NCBI GenBank assembly: GCA_041905595.1
Contig: JAYRKT010000023.1
Coordinates: forward strand, 3,525-67,524
Origin: Rhodobacter sp.
GTDB taxonomy: Bacteria; Pseudomonadota; Alphaproteobacteria; Rhodobacterales; Rhodobacteraceae
Length of the DNA: 64,000 nt
Reading direction: 5' to 3'
Below the pieces are notes generated by a model that saw only the letters and a list, made by a program, of their open reading frames with translations, did not search any database and was not told the origin of the DNA. The translations under genes and the position numbers were made by a program. Below, in pieces: positions 56,691-64,000 of the stretch; position 1 is the stretch's first letter; each line of letters starts with the position of its first letter.

Positions 56691-57731
56691 TCAGTCGGGG
56701 AATATCCCCGGCGAGGTCGGCGCGCCATCGTCGAAGCGCGACAGGTAATCGACGATCAGCGGGCGGTTGACCGCGAAGCCCTTGTAGGTGGCCAGCTCCT
56801 CGGGCAGGTCGCGCAGGACGCGATGCAGCCGGCGGCCCCATTTCGGCACGGTCACCAGATCCTCGAGCGAGCAGAGGTAGCAGCGGATCGGAAAGACGAT
56901 GGCGTTCGACCGCGGCAGCCGCCACAGGGTCTGCAATTCGACGCGGAGGTGCTGCTTCGCGCCGACGTTTTCCGGGGTCACGGTGCGCTTCTCCGGCCCC
57001 CATTTGTGATAGTTCTCGGGCGAGGTATCGAGGCGCGGGTTCACCGTCATCGTCCAGTTCAGACGCCGCACGGGTTTGCCCTGCTGCAGGTTCAGCAGGT
57101 ATTTCAGCGCGCGCTGGAACACGCCCATCTCGGCCGCCTTCGGCACCGGGGCATGCCATTCGAAGAAGTTCATGCCGATGTCGAAGTCGAGCGACCAGTC
57201 GGCCTGGCTGGTGACCATGCCGGCATCCATCCACAGATTGCCGTCGCGCTGGTCGAGAAGCGCGTGGTCGCCCTGGGTCTGGCGGGTGATGTATTCCATC
57301 GGCCCGCAGGGCAGCGTCGTCGCGTCAAGGAAGGTGAAATGCTGGTCGATGCCAAGGGGACGGTTGATCCAGTGCCAGCGATTGCCGTCACGGTTCAGCG
57401 TGAACCATTCCGGATAGTCCTCGCTCTTGGAGACCATGACCAGTTCCAGGAAGTCCCAGCCCGCCAGTTCCATATGCGGCAACGACTGGCAGCGCAGCGG
57501 GTCCTCTCGCAGCGTGATCTCGCGGTCGCGCATCTCGGCGACATAATGTTCGTCCACGTCGAAGCGCTTTTCGAAAGGCGAGCCTTCCCTGCCCCCGGCA
57601 TGGGGTTCAAGGTTGACCGAGTACATGTAGCTGTCCTGATCGAAGGGGAACGGAAAGCGCCGGACCGCCTCGGGCGAGTTGCGGAAGGTATAGTCGTCGC
57701 GGAAGGTTTCGTCGTTGAATTGCAGCGTCAC
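56691..57731 (-). CDS. dmmC: Heme-dependent oxidative N-demethylase alpha subunit (DUF3445; dimethylamine monooxygenase)
   Basis: TFRNSPEAVRRFPFPF, YMYSVN, DWSLDFDIGMNFFEWHAPVP, RRLNWT, LRVELQTLWRLPRSN; operon context. Confidence 0.88.
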   Translation of the reverse strand: MTLQFNDETFRDDYTFRNSPEAVRRFPFPFDQDSYMYSVNLEPHAGGREGSPFEKRFDVDEHYVAEMRDREITLREDPLRCQSLPHMELAGWDFLELVMVSKSEDYPEWFTLNRDGNRWHWINRPLGIDQHFTFLDATTLPCGPMEYITRQTQGDHALLDQRDGNLWMDAGMVTSQADWSLDFDIGMNFFEWHAPVPKAAEMGVFQRALKYLLNLQQGKPVRRLNWTMTVNPRLDTSPENYHKWGPEKRTVTPENVGAKQHLRVELQTLWRLPRSNAIVFPIRCYLCSLEDLVTVPKWGRRLHRVLRDLPEELATYKGFAVNRPLIVDYLSRFDDGAPTSPGIFPD

Positions 57732-57740
57732 TGCAACCTC

Positions 57741-58688
57741 CTAAAGGTCGAGAACGAGGGAAGTACCCGAAAAGCGCGAAACGCAGGGCATGATCCTGGT
57801 CTGCGCGGTCTTGTCAGCCTCGCTCAGCCAGTGGTCGTGATGCTCGATGGTGCCATGGCAGGAGCGGACGCCGGTTTCGCACCGCCCGCAGGCCCCGCCG
57901 CGGCAAAGCCAGTCGACCGGAACCTCGGCGGCTTCCAGCGCCTCGAGCAGGCTTTGGGTCGGGCCGACGGTGACGGTCCTGCCGGTCGAGGCAAGGGTCA
58001 CGGCAAAGGGCGCGCCGGGCGGGGGCGCCATGAAGACCTCGGAATGCAGCGCTGCCGCAGGCCAGCCGAGCCGCGCGCCGGTTGCCGCAACGGCGTCGAT
58101 CAATGCCTCTGGCCCGCAGGTGTAAACATGCGTGCCAATCGGCTGCGCCGACAGGATCGCGCCGATGTCGAGCCGGTTGCCCTCTTCCGAGATATGCACG
58201 TGGACCTGGGGCAGATCCGGCAGAAGACGCAGGCCGGCGGCCTCGGCCCGGGACCGGGCGGCGTAGTGCAGTTCAAACGGCAACTGCAGGCGGGCAAGCT
58301 GCTTGAGCTGGGCGATGAAGGGGGTAATGCCGATGCCGCCGGCGATCATCACATGCTTTCGCGCCCGCAGGTCGAGCGAAAACAGGTTGACCGGCGCGCC
58401 CACGCCCAGACGGTCGCCTTCCTTCACCTTGCCGTGCAGATAGCGCGACCCGCCGCGCCCGGCATCCTCGCGCCGCACGGCGATCTCGTAGCAGCTGCCG
58501 TCCAGCGGGTCGGAGATCAGCGAATAGGCGTTGCGACGGACGAGATCACCATCCGGCATCTCGACCACCACATGCGCCCCGCCGGAAAACAGCGGCAGCG
58601 GCTGGCCGTCAGGGTCGACGAAGCGGAACCGGGTGACGAGAGGGGTCAGCGGCTCGACCGCAGCGACACGAAGCATGCGGGCACTCAT
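57741..58688 (-). CDS. dmmB: PDR/VanB-type reductase (dimethylamine monooxygenase reductase)
   Basis: RNAYSL, GGSRY, IAGGIGITP, YTCGP, CRGGACGRC [2Fe-2S], MPCVSR. Start at ATG 58688. Confidence 0.88.
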   Translation of the reverse strand: MSARMLRVAAVEPLTPLVTRFRFVDPDGQPLPLFSGGAHVVVEMPDGDLVRRNAYSLISDPLDGSCYEIAVRREDAGRGGSRYLHGKVKEGDRLGVGAPVNLFSLDLRARKHVMIAGGIGITPFIAQLKQLARLQLPFELHYAARSRAEAAGLRLLPDLPQVHVHISEEGNRLDIGAILSAQPIGTHVYTCGPEALIDAVAATGARLGWPAAALHSEVFMAPPPGAPFAVTLASTGRTVTVGPTQSLLEALEAAEVPVDWLCRGGACGRCETGVRSCHGTIEHHDHWLSEADKTAQTRIMPCVSRFSGTSLVLDL

Positions 58689-59287
58689 GGCTTGATCTCC
58701 ACTGTGGGGGGAATGACGCCGGGGGTTTCGGCATCGACGCAGACGCCTTGAAAGACGCCCAGGCGGCGGGAGAAGTGATCGCGCACGAACAGGGTCAGCC
58801 CGCAATGGCTGCACTGGAAGGGGTCGGTTGTGACGCCCTCGGTGATGCCCTTGCAATGGACGCATTGCATCCGCCGCGCCACCGTGCCGCGATGCTCACT
58901 GTGAATGGCGCCCTCGGGGAAGCCCATCGCCAGCGCCTCGGCCTGAGCCTGACCAATCAGGCCTTCGCTGCCGGCGAGATAGAGCTGGGTGCCCATGCGG
59001 GCATCGGTCAAGGCCTTGCGAAAGCGTTCCAGCGCAGCTGCGAAGGTCGGCGCCTCGGCGTAAAGCCGGGCGCCAAGCGCCTTGAGACGGGGGCCGTGCG
59101 AAGCCCCGGCCGGGATGTAGATGATGTGGGCATGATCCACCACAGCGGCATCGCGCGCGGCCAGATCAAGGATCGCCTCGGCGCCGTCGGCATCGGCCAG
59201 CATCAGCGCGGGGGCAGCGCCTTGGGATGCGAGGCCGGCATAGACCGGACGGCTGGGGATAGAGGGGGAGAACTCGATTTTCGGCAT
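58685..59287 (-). CDS. dmmA: Dimethylamine monooxygenase subunit DmmA family
   Basis: SIPSRPVY, LYLAGSEGLI, RRMQCVHC, CSHCGLTLFVRDHFSRRLGVFQGVCVDAE. Confidence 0.88.
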   Translation of the reverse strand: MPKIEFSPSIPSRPVYAGLASQGAAPALMLADADGAEAILDLAARDAAVVDHAHIIYIPAGASHGPRLKALGARLYAEAPTFAAALERFRKALTDARMGTQLYLAGSEGLIGQAQAEALAMGFPEGAIHSEHRGTVARRMQCVHCKGITEGVTTDPFQCSHCGLTLFVRDHFSRRLGVFQGVCVDAETPGVIPPTVEIKP

Positions 59288-59345
59288 GGTCTTTCCCTGT
59301 GCGGCGGGGGCCGGGCCGACTGACGCGGCCCCGGCCCGGGGCTCA

Positions 59346-60482
59346 TCAACCCTTGGCGGTGCGCCGCTTTTTCTCGATGTCGAAGAAGGGCATGGGCGAG
59401 GTGACGGCGGCGATTTCGCCGGCCGTCGCGCAGTTCACCGTCAGCTTGGTGCCCGCATTGGCGCAATCGACCGGCAGGCGGGCGATGGCGACGGTCCAGT
59501 TGTTCAGCGGCGAATGCATCGCCTGTGTGACGAGGCCGATCTGCTTGCCATCGCGCAGGACCGGAGCGCCGTTGCCGGGGGCGACATCGCCTTCGAGCTT
59601 CAGGCCCCAGATCTTGAAGCGTTCCTTGCCCTTGAGCCGGTAATGCTCTTCAGCACCGCGGAAGCCGGTCTTGCCGGGCGAGACGGTGAAGTCGAGGCCC
59701 AGTTCCCACAGCGTATCGCCGCAGGGCTGATCGTCGAACGGATACATCTCGGAGTTGTCGTAGGGGAAGAACAGCAGGTAGCTTTCGGTCCGGAGAAGGT
59801 CGAGCGTCGTGAAGCGGCAGGGGATGATGCCCATCTCGGCCCCTTCCAACAGAATGCGGTCCCAGATCATGCCGGCGTCCTGGCCGCGCACGAACAGTTC
59901 ATACCCGCGCTCGCCGGTATAGCCGGTGCGGGTGATCATCGCCGGTACGCCGAAAAGCGAGGTCTGGAGGATGCCGAAGTAGGGCAGGTCGCGAATGCCC
60001 GGCACGTATTTCGCCAGGTAGTCGACGGCAAGCGGCCCCTGCAGCGACAGGTCGTGCAGGTTGTCGTCGAAACGGATCGCGACGTCGCGCCCCTCGGCGG
60101 CCATGGTCAGCTGTTCGAAGCCCTGGCCCGAGCCGTGAACCACCATGAAGGCATTCGGTCCGGTGCGGTAGATCACGCAGTCGTCGATGAACTTCCCGCC
60201 GTCGTTCAGCATGCAGGCATAGACCGCCCGTCCCGGCATCAGCTTTTCCATGTTGCGGGTGGTTGCCCGCTCGATGACATGGCTGGCGGCGGGTCCGGTG
60301 ATGTGGACCTTCTTCAGACCCGAGACGTCCATCAGCCCGGCCTTGGTGCGGATCGCCATGTACTCGGCAACCGGATCGCCGGCATAGGACCAGGCGGTGC
60401 CCATGCCGCTCCAGTCTTCGAGGACCGAGCCGAGGGCGCGATGGCGATCGGCAAGGGCCGAGAAGCGCCAGGAATTGGTCAT
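59346..60482 (-). CDS. dmmD: Aminomethyltransferase-family (THF-binding) subunit of dimethylamine monooxygenase
   Basis: MTNSWRFSALADRH, GLMDVSGL, TGYTGERGYE, LRTESYLLF. Start at ATG 60482; upstream of dmmABC. Confidence 0.85.
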   Translation of the reverse strand: MTNSWRFSALADRHRALGSVLEDWSGMGTAWSYAGDPVAEYMAIRTKAGLMDVSGLKKVHITGPAASHVIERATTRNMEKLMPGRAVYACMLNDGGKFIDDCVIYRTGPNAFMVVHGSGQGFEQLTMAAEGRDVAIRFDDNLHDLSLQGPLAVDYLAKYVPGIRDLPYFGILQTSLFGVPAMITRTGYTGERGYELFVRGQDAGMIWDRILLEGAEMGIIPCRFTTLDLLRTESYLLFFPYDNSEMYPFDDQPCGDTLWELGLDFTVSPGKTGFRGAEEHYRLKGKERFKIWGLKLEGDVAPGNGAPVLRDGKQIGLVTQAMHSPLNNWTVAIARLPVDCANAGTKLTVNCATAGEIAAVTSPMPFFDIEKKRRTAKG

Positions 60483-60568
60483 GTCATTCTCCCATATGTC
60501 ATTGTCGTTTCCCGGCCTTGCAGGGGCCAGGGGACCGGGCGGCGCCTGCCGCCCGGTCAGGGGGGCGC

Positions 60569-62347
60569 TCAGCCCGGAAGCTGGAAGAACCAGTTCGCCC
60601 AGAGCACCACCACCAGGCCCGCGATGAGCGCGGCATAGGGCAGGAAGCCAGCCCGGCGCGGGCCGAGGTCGCCGTGATCGCTCAGGCCAAGATCCTCCAT
60701 CGCCTCTTTCGGAAAGTGGCCCTTGTCCTGGTAGTAGTGGCGGAAGGCGAAGACCGGCAGGATCAGCGCGGCGAAGATCACCCCGGACCAGAGCGCGTTG
60801 GAATAGCCCCAGACCTTGGCGCCTGCGCCCAGGAACAGCGCGTTCACAAAGGCCAGAACGGTGTTGATCCCGATCAGCACCGTCGGCGCCTTCCACGGAC
60901 GCTTCAGATGCGGGCTGTCAATGCGGTGGATCCAGCCGGCATTCAGGTTCAGGAAGTTGAACAGGATGTAGCCGACGTTGGAGATGGCCAGCACATAGAA
61001 GTAGCCGCCCACGTCCGAGGCCAGTGCCAGCAGGAAGACGTTGAACACGAGGTCGGTCCACATCGCACCGACCGGGGCGCCATGTTCGTTCACCCGGGTC
61101 AGGTATTGCGGCAACCAGCCGTCACGGGCGCCCTGGTAGAGCGTGCGCGATGATCCGGCCATCGCGGTCATGATCGCGAGGAACAGCGCAAGGATCATCA
61201 GGATGACGAAGATCTGCGTAACCAGATGGCCAGCCCCGACCATGTTGCCCAGGGCCTCGCCCACGCCGGTTCCGTCAACGATCCCCGGCGCCAGCATGCC
61301 TGCCTGTCCGAGCACACCTTGGAAGGCGAAGGGCAGCAGGAAGTAGAACACCATGCAAAGGAGGCCCGAAAAGAAGATCGCCTTGAAGGTGTCGGTATGG
61401 GGGTTCTTGAATTCCGCCGTGTAGCAAACGGCGGTTTCGAAGCCATAGGTCGACCAGGCCGCGATGTAGAGCCCGCCGAGGAACAGCGTCCATCCGCCCA
61501 GGTCCCAGGAGCCGTCGACACCGGAATAGGCGGCGGTCGGCGGCACGATGTTGGTGACGTTCATCGTGTCGATTGCGCCGGTCAGGATCGGAACGAGGCC
61601 GACCAGGAACAGCGGCACCAGAACGATGATCGCCATCACCTTCTGCGACTTGGCGGTCGAGGCGATGCCGCCGTGCTGGATGGTGAAGATGATGAGCATC
61701 AGCACGACGCCGATCAGGAAGGTCGAATTGAAGTGCAGCGTTCCGAGGCCTGGGATGTCGATCGCCAGTGCTTCCCAGACGCGGAAGGCCGGAGTCAGGG
61801 CGGCAATCCCGTCTGCCGAGGCGACCGCCTGGATTGCGGCCTCGGGCGTAGAGCCGGGATTGGCAGCGATGAAGTCGAGCACAGCCGGAGTCGTGGCGGT
61901 GTAGGTGCCGATATGCGTGGCCACCCAGTCCAGCACCGGCTGGCTGTCGGCCAGCGGGATCGGGAACAGCGCGTTCAAGATGTAGCCCGCGGCGATTGCG
62001 CAGCCGAGGCTCAGCACCGGCGACCAGGCGAACCAGTTGCACCAGACCGACAGCGGCGCGATCAGCTTGGAATACCGCAGCCAGGCCATGGCCCCGTACA
62101 CCGAGGCACCGCCGGACTTGTTGCCGAACATGCCGGCCATTTCGGCGTAGGTGAAGCTTTGCAGAAAGCCCATCACCATCGAGATCATCCAGACGACGAA
62201 AGCCGCCTTGCCCGCGACGCCCGCGATGCCACCGATGGAGAACAGCACCAGCGGTGGAACGCCCGCCGCAACCCAGAACGCACCTTTCCATGTGAGTGAG
62301 CGCTTGAGCGCGCCCGAAGTCGGGACCCCGTCCCCGATTGCCGCCAT
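60569..62347 (-). CDS. tmoP: APC-family permease, probable TMAO permease
   Basis: LKRSLTWKGAFW, GNKSGGASVYG, WSTYGFETAVCY, MAGSSRTLYQ. Lies between tdm and dmmDABC, as in the Methylocella cluster. Start at ATG 62347. Confidence 0.75.
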   Translation of the reverse strand: MAAIGDGVPTSGALKRSLTWKGAFWVAAGVPPLVLFSIGGIAGVAGKAAFVVWMISMVMGFLQSFTYAEMAGMFGNKSGGASVYGAMAWLRYSKLIAPLSVWCNWFAWSPVLSLGCAIAAGYILNALFPIPLADSQPVLDWVATHIGTYTATTPAVLDFIAANPGSTPEAAIQAVASADGIAALTPAFRVWEALAIDIPGLGTLHFNSTFLIGVVLMLIIFTIQHGGIASTAKSQKVMAIIVLVPLFLVGLVPILTGAIDTMNVTNIVPPTAAYSGVDGSWDLGGWTLFLGGLYIAAWSTYGFETAVCYTAEFKNPHTDTFKAIFFSGLLCMVFYFLLPFAFQGVLGQAGMLAPGIVDGTGVGEALGNMVGAGHLVTQIFVILMILALFLAIMTAMAGSSRTLYQGARDGWLPQYLTRVNEHGAPVGAMWTDLVFNVFLLALASDVGGYFYVLAISNVGYILFNFLNLNAGWIHRIDSPHLKRPWKAPTVLIGINTVLAFVNALFLGAGAKVWGYSNALWSGVIFAALILPVFAFRHYYQDKGHFPKEAMEDLGLSDHGDLGPRRAGFLPYAALIAGLVVVLWANWFFQLPG

Positions 62348-62486
62348 GGTATTTTCCACTTCCTGTGACTCCCTGTTCGCTGTGGGAGGGGCGATTGCCC
62401 CGGTTTTCTTGCCTCCCCTTCCCACCAGGGCCCCCACCCCGGCGACACCGCGCCCTCCCCCCGGGCACGGGGTTCCTTGCCGCGCG

Positions 62487-64000
62487 TCAGGCGCGCGGAC
62501 GTTCCTTTTTCGGGTCATAATGGGGGAAGGCCGCAATGCGCGCCGCGAGCCGCTTCATCTGTCCGTCAAGCCGTCCAACCTCGATGTTAGTCCCGATCTC
62601 GGCATGGGCGATGTCGACGCGCGCGAGCGCGATCCATTGCCCGGTGCGAGGTGATCGCATGGCCGAGCAGACCTCGCCGACCTGCGCCCTGCCCATCCGC
62701 AGGCAGTCGCCGTGACCGACTGGTTCCTGCCCGTCGATCTCGAGCCCGACAAAGCGACGGGAGGGATGATCCTTGCGGCGCTGGAGCGCCTCACGTCCGA
62801 CGAAATCTCCCGCCTTCGATTTCAGGGGCACGGTGAAACCGATGCCAGCCTCGAACGGATCGGTCTGGTCGGAGAAGTCGTATCCGGCAAAGACCAGCCC
62901 GGCCTCGATCCGGCAGAGGTCGAGGCCAGCCAGACCCATCGGCCTGATCCCGAAGGCGGCGCCTGCGCCGAAGACCGCCTTGAACACGGTGTCCCCGTGT
63001 TTCGGGTGGCAGAAGATCTCGTATCCCAACTCGCCGGTATAGCCGGTGCGCGACACCACCACAGGCACGCCCTCCGGCCCGCCGATGCGGGCGACAGCAA
63101 AACGGAACCAGTCAAGGTCGGCCAGGGCGGGCTGGTGCGGGGCGGTCCAGATGATCTGCGCCATCAGCTCGCGCGAGCGCGGACCCTGGACGGCGAGGTT
63201 GTGAAGCTGGTCGGTGGACGAGCGGACAAGCACGTTCAGGCCCAGCCGCGCCGCTTCGGCCCGCATCCATTCGCCACCCTCGTCCGAACCGCCGATCCAG
63301 CGGAAGTTCTGCGCCCCCAGCCGGAACAGGGTGCCGTCGTCGATCATGCCGCCATGGGGGTAGCACATCGCGGAATAGACGACCTGGCCGATGCCCAGCT
63401 TGCTGACGTCGCGGGTCAGCACCCAGTCCATCAGCGCCTCGGCATCCGGGCCGGTCACCTCGAACTTGCGCAGGGCGGACAGGTCCATCGCCACCACGCC
63501 TTCACGCGCCGCCCAGTAGCTTTCGACCGCGCTGCAGTCGGGAAACCCGTTGGGCAGCCAGAAGCCGCGATACTCGACGAAGTCGCGGGTCAAGGCGGCG
63601 AAGTTGTCGTGAAAGGCGCTCTGGCGCGTCATGATCGGCTCCGCGTCGGGTGAGGCGCGCCAGGCCGAGGCGCGGGTGAAGCGCTCGGTCGCGGCATAGC
63701 TGCGCACATGGATGTCGGTCGGATTCCAGCCGTTGGCGGGCGAGGTGTCGTCCGGGCAGGCGGAGGAGACGCAGACCAGATCGGTCAACGCCCGCAGCAG
63801 CACATAGTCGCCGGGCCGTGACCAGGGCTCATCGGCCAGCATGACGCCATGGGCGTCGATGGCGGTGTTGAAGAAGAAGTTGGCAGCCATCCAGCCCGGC
63901 CGGGGGGCAAGGCCATGCGGGGCCAGCGCTGCGTTGAAATTGTCCGAGCAGTTGACATGGCCGGGATAGCCGATGTCGTCGTAGTATTTCGGCGCGCAGG
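62487..64000 (-). CDS. tdm: TMAO demethylase, DUF1989 + GcvT domains (3' part; start beyond window end)
   Basis: The frame stays open past the ORF-track start to the window edge: CAPKYYDDIGYPGHVNCSDNFN...GWMAANFFFNT...CVSSACPDD...ANGWNPTDIHVR (three candidate metal Cys), then a GcvT domain (DLSALRKFEVTGPDA, TGYTGELGYE, RIEAGL). Confidence 0.9.
   Translation of the reverse strand, partial: CAPKYYDDIGYPGHVNCSDNFNAALAPHGLAPRPGWMAANFFFNTAIDAHGVMLADEPWSRPGDYVLLRALTDLVCVSSACPDDTSPANGWNPTDIHVRSYAATERFTRASAWRASPDAEPIMTRQSAFHDNFAALTRDFVEYRGFWLPNGFPDCSAVESYWAAREGVVAMDLSALRKFEVTGPDAEALMDWVLTRDVSKLGIGQVVYSAMCYPHGGMIDDGTLFRLGAQNFRWIGGSDEGGEWMRAEAARLGLNVLVRSSTDQLHNLAVQGPRSRELMAQIIWTAPHQPALADLDWFRFAVARIGGPEGVPVVVSRTGYTGELGYEIFCHPKHGDTVFKAVFGAGAAFGIRPMGLAGLDLCRIEAGLVFAGYDFSDQTDPFEAGIGFTVPLKSKAGDFVGREALQRRKDHPSRRFVGLEIDGQEPVGHGDCLRMGRAQVGEVCSAMRSPRTGQWIALARVDIAHAEIGTNIEVGRLDGQMKRLAARIAAFPHYDPKKERPRA

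Overview
High-GC alphaproteobacterial DNA; the hup/hyp gene order and protein features point to Rhodobacteraceae (inference). No rRNA, tRNA, CRISPR array or transposase is visible. (1) 1-21.4 kb is an orphan nitrogen-compound catabolic region. It holds a class B flavin monooxygenase/Rid/DUF1028/aldehyde dehydrogenase operon, a cupin-NTF2 (BauB-like/TauX-like) fusion, and a hydantoinase/oxoprolinase B-A pair coupled to a Liv-type ABC importer with a divergent AraC. It also holds a PxpA/BCCP/biotin carboxylase/PxpB/PxpC-like operon with a divergent LysR, and an 817-aa sarcosine/dimethylglycine dehydrogenase-like protein. (2) 21.5-25.5 kb is an IclR-regulated De Ley-Doudoroff cluster with no dehydratase. 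(3) 25.5-36.7 kb has a Pot-type ABC importer downstream of a creatinase with a divergent GcvA-like LysR, then an acyl-AMP ligase-ACP-acyltransferase fusion plus MFS. (4) 36.9-56.7 kb is a complete H2-uptake locus: hupTUV hypF hupSLEC hupDFGHJK hypAB hupR hypCDE. (5) 56.7-64 kb is a TMAO/dimethylamine module: tdm (partial), tmoP-like permease and dmmDABC. Blocks 4 and 5 are known systems; the best candidates for undescribed biology are in blocks 1 and 3. All substrate assignments there are hypotheses. Protein families were recognised from memory, not by database search.
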